Assembly (NCBI GenBank): GCA_035458505.1
Contig: DATHZS010000050.1
Coordinates: forward strand, 6,173 to 70,172
Direction: 5' to 3'
Length of the DNA stretch: 64,000 nt
Source: Anaerolineales bacterium
GTDB lineage: Bacteria; Chloroflexota; Anaerolineae; Anaerolineales; UBA11579
In this document: positions 26,118-35,232 of the stretch, in pieces
Layout of the letters: every line of letters starts with the position of its first letter
Numbering within the stretch: the stretch's first letter is position 1
Translations under genes and position numbers: made by a program
Notes under the pieces: generated by a model
Told to the model about the DNA's origin: nothing
Databases searched by the model: none
The model's input: the letters and a program-made list of their open reading frames with translations, nothing else

Positions 26118-27134
26118 ATGAAACTTTCTGAATTTGACTACACCTTACCACCAGAAAGGATCGCCCAAACCCCGGTTGAGCCGCGTGATTCATCCCGCTT
26201 GCTGGTGTTGGACCGCAGCACTGGCACCCTGCAGCACTCGGTTTTTTCGGATATTCTCACATTTCTGAACCCTGGCGACCTGCTGGTGATCAATCAGACC
26301 CGGGTGCTTCCGGCGCGACTCTATGCCACGAAAATTCCAACCGGCGGGAAGATCGAACTGTTGCTGCTCAACCGCCGGGATCCAACCCTTTGGGAAGTCC
26401 TCGTGGGAGGGAAGCGAGTCAATCTCGGCAAGAAACTGTCTTTGCCAGAAGGCCTGATCGCTGAAGTGGAGGAAGAATTGGAAGGCCCGCGCCGCCTGAT
26501 CAGGTTCAATCGCCCACTCGAAGGCTTGCTCGAAAAAATTGGACGGATGCCCTTACCCCCTTATATCCATGAGCGTTTGCAGGACCAGGAACGTTACCAG
26601 ACCGTGTATGCCCAAGAACCCGGTTCAGCCGCCGCGCCAACCGCAGGGCTGCATTTTACCCCCGGGTTGTTAGCCCGGTTGAAAGAAGCAGGCATTACGA
26701 TTGCCGAGGTCACCCTGCATGTCGGGCTGGATACCTTTGCTCCTGTCACAGAAGATGATGTCACCCAGCATCATATCCACACGGAATGGTGCCGCCTCTC
26801 CTCCGAGGCCGCGCGGAAGATCAACCAAACCCGGCAGGCTGGCGGACGGGTGATTGCGGTGGGTACCACAAGCGTCCGCACACTGGAATCGGCGGCTCTG
26901 CAAGCGGATGGCCGGGTCTCAGGTTTTGAAGGGCCGACAGATTTGTATATCCTGCCTGGCTATCAGTTCAAGGTTGTGGATGCCATGATCACCAACTTTC
27001 ACCTGCCGCGCTCCACCCTGCTGATGCTGGTCAGTGCATTTGCCTCCAAACAAGCCATCCTCGAGGCCTACCAGACAGCCGTCGAACATGAGTACCGGTT
27101 TTATTCTTTTGGAGATGCGATGTTGATCGTATAA
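26118..27134 (+). CDS. queA: tRNA preQ1(34) S-adenosylmethionine ribosyltransferase-isomerase
   Basis: FDYTLPPERIAQTP, PLPPYI, YQTVYA, AAPTAGLHFT, VGTTSVRTLES, NFHLPRSTLLMLVSAF and RFYSFGDAMLI are present. Confidence 0.95.
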   Translation: MKLSEFDYTLPPERIAQTPVEPRDSSRLLVLDRSTGTLQHSVFSDILTFLNPGDLLVINQTRVLPARLYATKIPTGGKIELLLLNRRDPTLWEVLVGGKRVNLGKKLSLPEGLIAEVEEELEGPRRLIRFNRPLEGLLEKIGRMPLPPYIHERLQDQERYQTVYAQEPGSAAAPTAGLHFTPGLLARLKEAGITIAEVTLHVGLDTFAPVTEDDVTQHHIHTEWCRLSSEAARKINQTRQAGGRVIAVGTTSVRTLESAALQADGRVSGFEGPTDLYILPGYQFKVVDAMITNFHLPRSTLLMLVSAFASKQAILEAYQTAVEHEYRFYSFGDAMLIV

Positions 27135-27208
27135 AGCGGTGTGGCGTTTTTTCACTCAGGGATGCTGACCTTTTGTATAATGAAAAACAAGAAGATTCAA
27201 AGAGGTGC

Positions 27209-28525
27209 ATGATGCGAGCTGTTGATATCATTATAAAAAAACGGGATAATGGAGAACTCTCCACCGAAGAAATCCAATTTTTTGTTACCGGCTATACGCG
27301 GGGGGAGATTCCCGACTACCAGGCGGCTTCCTGGGCAATGGCAGTGCTGTTGAATGGCATGACTCCCAGGGAGATTACTGATCTCACATTGGCCATGGCA
27401 CACTCCGGGGATATGCTGGACCTGAGTGGCGTGCTCGATATCGTCTTGGACAAACATTCCACTGGCGGGGTAGGCGATAAAACTTCCCTGGTGGTGCTGC
27501 CTGTGGTCGTGGCCAGTGGGGTGGCGGTGGGTAAAATGTCCGGGCGTGGTTTGGGGTTCAGCGGTGGTACATTGGATAAAATGGAATCAATCCCTGGCTA
27601 CCGGACAGACCTGACCAAATCCGAATTTTTGGCTCAATTAAAATCCATCGGCATCGTGCTGACCGGGCAAACCGGGGACCTGGCACCGGCGGATGGCAAA
27701 TTATACGCGCTGAGAGACGTTACCGGGACTGTACCTGCCATTCCCCTGATTGCGTCCTCGATCATGAGCAAGAAGATCGCTGCCGGTGCTCAGCGGATTG
27801 TCTTGGATGTCAAAACCGGCCTGGGAGCCTTTATGCAAACCCTCGAAGGAGCCCGGGAGTTGGCTGAGATGATGGTGGAAATTGCCCGGTTGGCTGGCCG
27901 GCGGGCGACCGGTTTGATCTCGGACATGAACCAGCCCCTGGGGTTTGCGGTAGGGAATGCGATTGAAGTGAAGGAAGCCATTCACACCCTGCAGGGCGAC
28001 GGTCCACCAGATTTTACCGAGCACTGCCTGGAAGTGGCTGCCCACATGCTCAACCTGACCGACAAAGCCAACTCGGTTGCCGAAGGCCGCGAGATTGTGG
28101 ATCATGTCTACCGGTCTGGCACGGCGCTGGAGAAGTTCAGGCAGTTGGTCCAGGCGCAAGGTGGAGATGTGAGCTACGTGGATGACCCCGGAAAGCTGCC
28201 CAAGGCGAAGATCATTGAAACAGTCACCGCTCCCCGGGCAGGGTATCTCTCTCAGGTGCATGCCCGGATGGTTGGGGAAACTGCCGTGGTGCTCGGTGCA
28301 GGCCGTTCGAAAAAGGGGGAACCTGTCAGGCATGAGGTCGGGATCGAAATCCATCATAAGGTTGGTGATTATCTGGAAAAAGGAGCACCGCTGTTTACAA
28401 TCCACGCAGACTCGGAGGCTTTGCTCCAGCAGGCGGTACCGGAACTTCTCGAGGCTCATCAATGGAGCGATCAACCGGTCAGACCGTTGCCCCTATTTTA
28501 TGATGCGGTCTTCTCCAGGGAATGA
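27209..28525 (+). CDS. pdp: Pyrimidine-nucleoside (thymidine) phosphorylase
   Basis: IIKKRDNGELS, DKHSTGGVGDKTSL and KMSGRGLGFSGGTLDK are present. The start is at the ATG pair 27209/27212 after AGAGGTG. The listed ORF starts at 27173. Confidence 0.9.
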   Translation: MMRAVDIIIKKRDNGELSTEEIQFFVTGYTRGEIPDYQAASWAMAVLLNGMTPREITDLTLAMAHSGDMLDLSGVLDIVLDKHSTGGVGDKTSLVVLPVVVASGVAVGKMSGRGLGFSGGTLDKMESIPGYRTDLTKSEFLAQLKSIGIVLTGQTGDLAPADGKLYALRDVTGTVPAIPLIASSIMSKKIAAGAQRIVLDVKTGLGAFMQTLEGARELAEMMVEIARLAGRRATGLISDMNQPLGFAVGNAIEVKEAIHTLQGDGPPDFTEHCLEVAAHMLNLTDKANSVAEGREIVDHVYRSGTALEKFRQLVQAQGGDVSYVDDPGKLPKAKIIETVTAPRAGYLSQVHARMVGETAVVLGAGRSKKGEPVRHEVGIEIHHKVGDYLEKGAPLFTIHADSEALLQQAVPELLEAHQWSDQPVRPLPLFYDAVFSRE

Positions 28526-28545
28526 CCCTGATTGTTGCAGAATAC

Positions 28546-28587
28546 AAAACAGCCCCCAACTGGCTTTGTGGGGGCTGTTTTTTTCTA
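28546..28587. terminator. Bidirectional terminator between convergent pdp and degV
   Basis: Stem AACAGCCCCCA / TGGGGGCTGTT, then a T7 run, with an A-rich 5' flank. Confidence 0.65.
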
Positions 28588-28613
28588 CGTAAAAGAAAAG
28601 CAGTAGTCTACGT

Positions 28614-29477
28614 TCAGGATTCGTAGTCGAAACCGGCCATATAGGCGATTCCGACTGTACCGGGTCCGGTATGGGTGCCGACCGTAGGGGCCACGGAGGT
28701 GACCATGCGGGCTTTGAGGGGGAGTTTTTTGCCGATTATCTCCAGCACCGCTTCCGCATCTTCAGGCGCATTGGCATGAATGGCCGCCATATAAATTGGC
28801 CGCCTGTCCCCGATTCTCTCGATGATCATATCGGCCAGACGGGCGAGCGATTTTTTGCGTGTTCGGACGTTTTCCGCTGGTTCAATCGCGCCATCTGTGA
28901 CTTGCAGGATTGGCTTGAGATTGAGCGCTGAACCTAACAGTCGTTTCGCTCCCCCAATCCGCCCGCCGCGGTGCAGGAATTCGAGCGTGTTGACCGTCAG
29001 CAAAATGCCCGTGTGCTTGCAGGCTTCCTCAACAACTGCCCGGCATTCAGCCAAAGATTTACCATCCTGTGCAGCCTTCACGGCCATCAGGAGCGGCCAA
29101 CCCTCACCCATCGAAGCAGAGAGTGTGTCAACATTCTCGATATTGGCGTCAGGCATCATCGCTTTTGCCTGTTCAGCAGATGAAAAGGTGCCGGACAATT
29201 TGCTAGAGATATGCACACCGAGGATGTCCTTGCCCTCAGCAATCAATTCTTCGTATAAGTCTTTAAAATACGCCGGTGTGGGTTGTGATGTGGTTGGCAA
29301 GGTGCTTGAGTTTTCCAGCCGGGTGAAGAATTCTTCTGCGGTGATGTCATACCAATCGCGCAATTCTTCCCCATCCCAAATCACTACCGCTGGGGAAACC
29401 TTAATGCCATACTTGTCAATCCAATCTCTTGGAATATAGGCAGTTGAGTCAGTGATCAATGCGACTTTATTTCCCAT
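28614..29477 (-). CDS. DegV family fatty-acid-binding protein
   Basis: VALITDSTAYIP...TSQPTP are typical DegV blocks. 287 aa. Confidence 0.9.
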   Translation of the reverse strand: MGNKVALITDSTAYIPRDWIDKYGIKVSPAVVIWDGEELRDWYDITAEEFFTRLENSSTLPTTSQPTPAYFKDLYEELIAEGKDILGVHISSKLSGTFSSAEQAKAMMPDANIENVDTLSASMGEGWPLLMAVKAAQDGKSLAECRAVVEEACKHTGILLTVNTLEFLHRGGRIGGAKRLLGSALNLKPILQVTDGAIEPAENVRTRKKSLARLADMIIERIGDRRPIYMAAIHANAPEDAEAVLEIIGKKLPLKARMVTSVAPTVGTHTGPGTVGIAYMAGFDYES

Positions 29478-29668
29478 TTTCAGATCTCCTATTATCCACC
29501 ATGTTGGTGATACGGTCTATTTAAATTTGGAAAATCAGCACTAGAACAGCCAAAATTCTGTTTTAGGCTTCCAATATTACTAAAACACGAATGATTTTCA
29601 AAAGTTACGATGGAGAGATTTTTAATTGCAAACCCTGTGTGAGATCGTTTATCGGCAAGAAAAAAATC

Positions 29669-29845
29669 CTACCGGTCGGCTTGGTCTGATGGCGGCTGTT
29701 GTTTGTCAGCTTTCCTGATCTCGAGTGCCAGTTGCTCTTCCAGGTCATCCAGTTCCGCCATCATTGCAGGCGGGATTGAGTGGGCAGGCAAACGGTTTTT
29801 TATGTCTTCGATTTGCTTCTTTAGAGTGTCAATGCGTTCGTTCAT
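29669..29845 (-). CDS. Small 58-aa protein translationally coupled to the amidohydrolase gene (below ORF-track cutoff)
   Basis: My translation: MNERIDTLKKQIEDIKNRLPAHSIPPAMMAELDDLEEQLALEIRKADKQQPPSDQADR. Its ATG overlaps the amidohydrolase TGA (ATGA at 29842-29845). Confidence 0.5.
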   Translation of the reverse strand: MNERIDTLKKQIEDIKNRLPAHSIPPAMMAELDDLEEQLALEIRKADKQQPPSDQADR

Positions 29846-31449
29846 GCGCTAATTTCCCGATAGACCCACTCTCCCCCCAGCATGGTGGCGGCAGGCTTGA
29901 GGTCTCTCAGCTCATCCGCAGGGATGCTGAAAGGGTCCTGTTTGAGTACGATCAGGTCTGCCAGGAAACCGGGGGCCAACATGCCCTGGCGGGTCTCCGT
30001 ACCGGAAGTGTAGGCGGCACCGGTTGTATAAGCTCTCAACGCCTCGATCAAGGCGATCCGCTCCTGGGGGTACCAGCCTTCGGGGCCTGGTGCCCCGTTT
30101 CCTTTTTGACGGGTGATGGCCGCGTGCAACCCGTGAAACGGGTTTGGGCTGTCTACCGGGGCATCGGACCCAAAAGCGAGCCTGGTGTTGGCCTGAAGCA
30201 GGGTGTGCCAGGCATAGGCATAACGGGACCGCTCTCCCCAGCCCAGGTCAGCCATCTCGAGATCGGATGTGGCGTGGATGGGCTGCATGGAGGCAATCAG
30301 GTCCAGCTCGGCCAGCCGGGAGATATCTCCGGGGTGCAGCACCTGCACATGCTCGATGCGGTGGCGAAGGTGGGGCAGCCGGTTGGTTTTTTCAAAACGG
30401 CGCAGTTGTTCAAAGCCATCCAGCATTTGGTGGTTGGCCGCATCGCCGATGGCATGGATGGTCAGGGAAAGCCCATTCAGTATGGCTTTTTCACCAAATT
30501 CAACCAGGTCTTCAGCATCCAGCAGCAGCATTCCCGTGTTGTCGGGGTCATCCTGGTAGGGGGTCAGCATGGCGGCTGTGCGGGGTCCCAGCGCGCCATC
30601 TGCAAAGGCCTTGATCGAGCCGATGCGCAGTAAATTGTCTCCGAAACCAGTGCGAAGCCCGGTTTCAATAATGGTATCCAGCGACTCAACGGGCAGGTTC
30701 TTGTTCACCCTGAGCTTTAACCGGCCCTGGCTGCGCAGGGTTTGCAGCGTGATAAAGCTGGGGATGCGGTCGAAATCGTGCACAGCCGTAATGCCCATCT
30801 GCCAGAGCTGCTTCTGGGCGTGCTCGAACATCGCCAATGTCGCCTCATCGGTTGGTGCTGGCAGCAGGTGGTCAAAGACCTTCATCGCTTCTTCCAGGAT
30901 CAACCCGGTCGGTTGTCCGGAGGCATCTCTCTGGAAGACCCCTTTCGGCGGGTCTGGAGTTTGGGCATCGATCCCGGCTGCACGCAGCGCGGCACTGTTC
31001 ACCCAGGCAGCATGCAGTGAAACCGCCATCAGCAGGACCGGGTGATCCTGTGCGGCAGCATCTAGCTCTGATGCTGTGGGAAATTGTCCTCCCCACAGAT
31101 CCTGGCTCCAGCCGTACCCCTGTATCCAGGAACCTTTGGGTGTCTGGGCAGCTTTCTTTGCCACCTGATCGAGAATGGCCTGCTTGCTGCTGCCGTACAG
31201 GTGCAGAGATTCGAGCATATTGGCATATTGGCGCAGGTGGATGTGGGCATCGGTCAGGCCCGGAAGGATTGTGAGACCATTCAGGTCTTCTTCCTGGGCC
31301 CTGTCGGCAAATTCAGCCCGGATCTGGTCGCTCTCCCCAACCGCAATCACCCGGCTGTCATGTTCAGGATGTTCGCGGATCACCAGAGCGCTGGCGGTGG
31401 GTTGGCGGGGGTTGAGCGTGTGGATCTTGGCGTTATACAGGATTTTCAT
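29842..31449 (-). CDS. Amidohydrolase-3 family metal-dependent hydrolase (YtcJ-like)
   Basis: 535 aa. PGLTDAHIHL, HAIGD, IEHVQV and FGSDAPV are TIM-barrel metal ligand motifs. Confidence 0.85.
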   Translation of the reverse strand: MKILYNAKIHTLNPRQPTASALVIREHPEHDSRVIAVGESDQIRAEFADRAQEEDLNGLTILPGLTDAHIHLRQYANMLESLHLYGSSKQAILDQVAKKAAQTPKGSWIQGYGWSQDLWGGQFPTASELDAAAQDHPVLLMAVSLHAAWVNSAALRAAGIDAQTPDPPKGVFQRDASGQPTGLILEEAMKVFDHLLPAPTDEATLAMFEHAQKQLWQMGITAVHDFDRIPSFITLQTLRSQGRLKLRVNKNLPVESLDTIIETGLRTGFGDNLLRIGSIKAFADGALGPRTAAMLTPYQDDPDNTGMLLLDAEDLVEFGEKAILNGLSLTIHAIGDAANHQMLDGFEQLRRFEKTNRLPHLRHRIEHVQVLHPGDISRLAELDLIASMQPIHATSDLEMADLGWGERSRYAYAWHTLLQANTRLAFGSDAPVDSPNPFHGLHAAITRQKGNGAPGPEGWYPQERIALIEALRAYTTGAAYTSGTETRQGMLAPGFLADLIVLKQDPFSIPADELRDLKPAATMLGGEWVYREISA

Positions 31450-31520
31450 CAGTTTTCTAGGCGGTTAAAGAATCCACGCCAGCACCCGCTTGGGAAAGCA
31501 GGATGCCAGCGCGGTTGGGT

Positions 31521-32381
31521 TTAGCTGTTGAGCAGCTTATCGGCGAGCGTGTTCAAATCTTCTGCATCGTAATATTCAATCGTGATCATACCGCCTTTGC
31601 TGGTGTGCCGGATGGTGGTCTTGAAGCCTAATTCAGCTTCCAGTTGGTTTTCCAGGGCAATCAGCTCAGGTGATTTTTGAGGCTGGGAGACGGGTTGGCT
31701 CGGGGTGACCTGCCCTTTCAGGTGGCGCACCAATTCTTCAGTATCTCTCACGCTGAAGGTTTTCTTGATGATGGTGGTGAGGGCTGCAGTTTGCTGCTCG
31801 TGCGAGAGACCTTTCAGGGCTCTGGCATGTCCTTCGCTGATTTTTTTATCCACCAGGGCTTTCTTCACCTCATCTGCGACTTCCAGCAGGCTGAGGGTAT
31901 TGGTCACGGCTGAACGGCTTTTACCGACGCTGTCAGCGATTTGTTCATGGGTCAGGTTAAAGCTCTGCGACAGGTGCTGGTAGGCTTCTGCGGTTTCTAA
32001 TGGGCTCAGGTCGGCGCGCTGCACGTTCTCGATCAGGGCGAGCAGGAGCATTTCCTGCTGAGTGGCTTCCCGCATGATGGCAGGCACTGTTTTCATCCCA
32101 GCTTGTTTAGAAGCCTGCCAGCGGCGTTCACCAGCAATCAGATAATACTCGTCCGGCTGATCCGCTTTGGTCAGGATCAATGGCTGGATCACCCCATGCT
32201 CTGTGATCGAGGCTGCCAGGTCTTTTAATTCGTCCGGATCAAAGACCGTCCGGGGCTGCTGCGGATTGGGCCGAATTTTCTCAACCGGAATCTGGATGAC
32301 ACCGGTGTCTGCGGTTTGAGTGTCAGTTGGCGTGATCAGGGCCCCCAGACCTTTGCCAAGTCCTGTTTTGCGAGAGGACAT
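31521..32381 (-). CDS. parB: Chromosome partitioning protein ParB/Spo0J
   Basis: GLGKGLGALI, PNPQQPR, GVIQPLIL, LIAGERRWQAS and ENVQRADLSPLE are present. Confidence 0.9.
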   Translation of the reverse strand: MSSRKTGLGKGLGALITPTDTQTADTGVIQIPVEKIRPNPQQPRTVFDPDELKDLAASITEHGVIQPLILTKADQPDEYYLIAGERRWQASKQAGMKTVPAIMREATQQEMLLLALIENVQRADLSPLETAEAYQHLSQSFNLTHEQIADSVGKSRSAVTNTLSLLEVADEVKKALVDKKISEGHARALKGLSHEQQTAALTTIIKKTFSVRDTEELVRHLKGQVTPSQPVSQPQKSPELIALENQLEAELGFKTTIRHTSKGGMITIEYYDAEDLNTLADKLLNS

Positions 32382-32571
32382 ACATTGCTCCTTATGTCAA
32401 AATGCAAGGATTGCTTGCAGAGTATTTTACCTTACAATTCGTGGGATGATGGCAATCACCTGGCGTTGGTACCATTGTTATGCAGAAAACATCCCCGGGT
32501 TCACCCTAAACGAAAAATTTTTAGAACTTTCGGGTTTTTCGACGGGTGTTGGTCTGTTATTGGCCCGTGGA

Positions 32572-33357
32572 TTACGGCTGAGGCAGCATTTTTTCATCCG
32601 CCAGGAGAATCTCCTTGGCTAATTCTCCAAACGCAATCGCCCCTGGTGAGTTAGGCTGGTAGGCCAGGATTGGCAGTCCGTACGAGGGCGCTTCCGCCAG
32701 GCGAACGCTGCGCGGGATCACCGTTTTGAAGGCTTTTTCCTGGAAATACGCCCGGACCTCATCCTCAACATCCTTCGAAAGATTGGTGCGCGGGTCATAC
32801 ATCGTGAGGAGCACGCCCCGGATCTTCAGATCATGGAAGACCGCTTTCTGCACCTGCTCGATGGTCTGCAGCAGCTGGCTGATCCCTTCCAGAGCCAGGT
32901 ATTCACATTGCACGGGGATGATCAGGCCGTTTTTGGCTGCAATCATGCCGTTCAGGGTTAAGATGCCCATCGCGGGTGGGCAGTCAATCAGCACGTAATC
33001 ATAGCGCTCATGAATCCCTTCCACCACATGGCGCAGCCGGGATTCCCGTTCCTCTTCGTTGATCAATTCGACTTCAGCCCCGGTCAGGTCGGGTGAGGAG
33101 GGCAGTAGAGACAGCTTTAAGCGCGGGTTGTGCAGGATCGCGTCTCGGACACTCCCGTCGTTGAGCAGGGCCTGGTAGACCCCATTTTGTACAGATCGTT
33201 TGTCGATTCCCAGACAAGAGGTTGCATTGGCCTGGGGGTCAATGTCAATGATAAGTACCTTCTGGCCGAAATGCGCCAGGTATGCGCCGAGGTTGATGGC
33301 GGTAGTGGTTTTACCGACCCCGCCTTTTTGATTGAGTATGGTGTAAACCAGTGCCAC
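32572..33357 (-). CDS. parA: Chromosome partitioning ATPase ParA/Soj
   Basis: The deviant Walker A is NQKGGVGKTTTAINL, and DIDPQANATS is present. Confidence 0.9.
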   Translation of the reverse strand: MALVYTILNQKGGVGKTTTAINLGAYLAHFGQKVLIIDIDPQANATSCLGIDKRSVQNGVYQALLNDGSVRDAILHNPRLKLSLLPSSPDLTGAEVELINEEERESRLRHVVEGIHERYDYVLIDCPPAMGILTLNGMIAAKNGLIIPVQCEYLALEGISQLLQTIEQVQKAVFHDLKIRGVLLTMYDPRTNLSKDVEDEVRAYFQEKAFKTVIPRSVRLAEAPSYGLPILAYQPNSPGAIAFGELAKEILLADEKMLPQP

Positions 33358-33359
33358 GC

Positions 33360-34214
33360 TTATTGCACCTCTTTCATCAATTGGTATAGGATTTCTTCTG
33401 TGGGGGCGCTGTCCAGCCCCGTCCGTCGAACCGAATCAGAGGCGATCTGTACGGCCAGTTCACCGGCTTTTAGGGGATTGCCAGTGTACGACAGTTGAGT
33501 GAAAAAGGTCGCGGCAAAGATATCCCCGGCTCCGGTGGGGTCAATGGTTTCGATTTGCGGGGCAGGGAGGGTGTAAATATTGCCCTCGGTGTAAATATCC
33601 GCGCCGTGTGCCCCTTTGGTGACTGCCAGGATCCGGACAGAGGCTGCCATCTGGTTGATGATGTCCTGATTGTAATTTACGTCTTCCTCGGAGAGTACCG
33701 CTGCATTGACTTGCTGGAGGATGTATCCTGATTCCGGCCAATCGGCCCAGGAAACTAGCCCTTCCTGATCCCATTGGCGGTACCAGCCTTGCAGGGAGAG
33801 ATAAATATCCGAATGGGTAAAATGCCGCACGATATTTGGCGGGATCTCCTGGGCAACAGGGGCCAGATGGATAATGCGGGGCTGCCGCCAGGATTCCGGG
33901 ATGTGATAGAAATCAATTTTGGGTGCCAGGGAATGGATCTTTTGCTGCCGCCCGGTGTCGAGGTACACATTCTCAAAGGTGGTGCTGTGATCGCAGAGCT
34001 GGTTGGCAATGCTGAGGTCGCTCAGTGCTCCCGGGTCGCATTCCTCCGCCCAGGATGTGACAATTCCAACCCGCATCCCGAGCGCATGGGCGGTCAGCCC
34101 GGAAAAGGATACCGCTCCACCCAGGCGGTTTCCCTCTGGGGTGATGTCTTGTGTGATATGTCCGATGAGCAGATAATCCACCGGTTGGATCCCAGGAAAG
34201 GTGAGCATAGACAT
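33360..34214 (-). CDS. PfkB family carbohydrate kinase
   Basis: 284 aa. The C-terminal motif is DPTGAGDIFAATF. It lies 2 nt upstream of parA. Confidence 0.8.
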   Translation of the reverse strand: MSMLTFPGIQPVDYLLIGHITQDITPEGNRLGGAVSFSGLTAHALGMRVGIVTSWAEECDPGALSDLSIANQLCDHSTTFENVYLDTGRQQKIHSLAPKIDFYHIPESWRQPRIIHLAPVAQEIPPNIVRHFTHSDIYLSLQGWYRQWDQEGLVSWADWPESGYILQQVNAAVLSEEDVNYNQDIINQMAASVRILAVTKGAHGADIYTEGNIYTLPAPQIETIDPTGAGDIFAATFFTQLSYTGNPLKAGELAVQIASDSVRRTGLDSAPTEEILYQLMKEVQ

Positions 34215-34298
34215 AATTATACCAGTCAGGTCCGAGGGTACAAGATTGGAGATAAACGAACAATGAGAGCAGGCAGGATGTGATTGCTAACCATTGAA

Positions 34299-34337
34299 TA
34301 AAAAAAGGCGAGCATTCAGTACTCGCCTTTTTTTTGT
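34299..34337. terminator. Bidirectional terminator; ends the rpmH...jag operon on the minus strand
   Basis: A7, then stem GGCGAG / CTCGCC, then T8. Confidence 0.7.
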
Positions 34338-34355
34338 TATTTACGAACGTGAGCG

Positions 34356-35204
34356 TTAGTTGACTGGAATGATGGTTACTTTCCGGCGAGGTTCCTCGCC
34401 TACGCTCTCCGTAGAGACATCCTGGTTGTCTCTCAGTTCCAGGTGGATGATCCGGCGTTCATTGGCAGGCATGGGCTCCAGCATTTGTTTGCGCCCGGTT
34501 TTTACAGCCTGGCTGGCCATACGGCGGGCCAGGTTGCGCAGGTTTTGCTCCCGCCGGGTGCGGTAGCCTTCCACATCTACGATCAGGTTGACACCGCGGC
34601 CAACTTCTTTGCCCACGATCAGCCGGGTGATGTACTGCAGGGCGTTCAGCGTCTCGGCCTGCTTGCCGATCAGGATGCTCAGATCATCCCCCAAAATGTT
34701 GATATGGATTCCAGGCCGGTCTAACTCGTCCTCGGGTTGCAGGATGGTTGCTTTGACGGATACCCTGGGCAGGTTCATTTTTTCCAGGAGCTCTGAGACG
34801 GTGGCTTTGGCAATTGCACTTACATTTTCCAGGTCTGACGAATAATCAGTGCCATCATCAAAAACATCGTCTTCCTCATCCTCAAAATCCGAGTCAAAAT
34901 CCTCCTCCTCTTCCTCTTCCTCTTCCTCTTCTTCTTCGAGGTCTTGCTCGAGTTCATTGGGTTGAGAAGCGGGTGGTGAAGCAGGTGCCACATTATTGGG
35001 CTTGATATCCTGACCCTGGTTCTTGAGAGTCAGGCGAACCCGGGCTTGCCGGTTGCCCAGACCAAAGAGCCCTTTGCTGCCTTCGTCGAGGATTTCGATT
35101 TCTACCTGATCTCTCGCGAGGCCTAGCTCTTTCAATCCCTGGTTAATCGCTTCCTCAACCGATGGGGCGATGATCTCCAGTGTTGCTCTTGATTCTTGAT
35201 TCAT
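34356..35204 (-). CDS. jag: Jag/KhpB RNA-binding protein (Jag_N, KH, R3H) with acidic insert
   Basis: The N-terminal EAINQGLKELGL is present. The C-terminal R3H region is EPMPANERRIIHLEL. An insert of E/D runs (EEEEEEEEEEEDFDSDFEDEEDD) lies between them. Confidence 0.85.
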   Translation of the reverse strand: MNQESRATLEIIAPSVEEAINQGLKELGLARDQVEIEILDEGSKGLFGLGNRQARVRLTLKNQGQDIKPNNVAPASPPASQPNELEQDLEEEEEEEEEEEEDFDSDFEDEEDDVFDDGTDYSSDLENVSAIAKATVSELLEKMNLPRVSVKATILQPEDELDRPGIHINILGDDLSILIGKQAETLNALQYITRLIVGKEVGRGVNLIVDVEGYRTRREQNLRNLARRMASQAVKTGRKQMLEPMPANERRIIHLELRDNQDVSTESVGEEPRRKVTIIPVN

Positions 35205-35232
35205 GTGTCCCTCGCTTTCTCTTGGTTGTAGG

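Noticed and set aside
29486-29496. Single DnaA-box-like TTATCCACC upstream of degV, and CTATCCACA near 48830
   Set aside because: These are isolated single copies with a mismatch, one of them inside a coding region. They do not form a cluster.
29669-29682. Second occurrence of ACCGGTCGG (core of the TetR palindrome)
   Set aside because: It is only a 9-nt partial match, is not palindromic in this context, and sits at the stop codon of the small ORF. It is probably chance.
30125-30145. parS-like half site CCCGTGAAACGGG
   Set aside because: Only the GTGAAAC half resembles parS, the left half does not match TGTTTCAC, and it lies inside the amidohydrolase CDS.
29725-30633. 302-aa + strand ORF, and several 90-160-aa ORFs between 30144 and 31524
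   Set aside because: They lie antisense to the amidohydrolase gene, which has clear metal-ligand motifs. Their translations are Gly/Pro/Arg-rich with no motifs. This is the typical shadow-ORF pattern.
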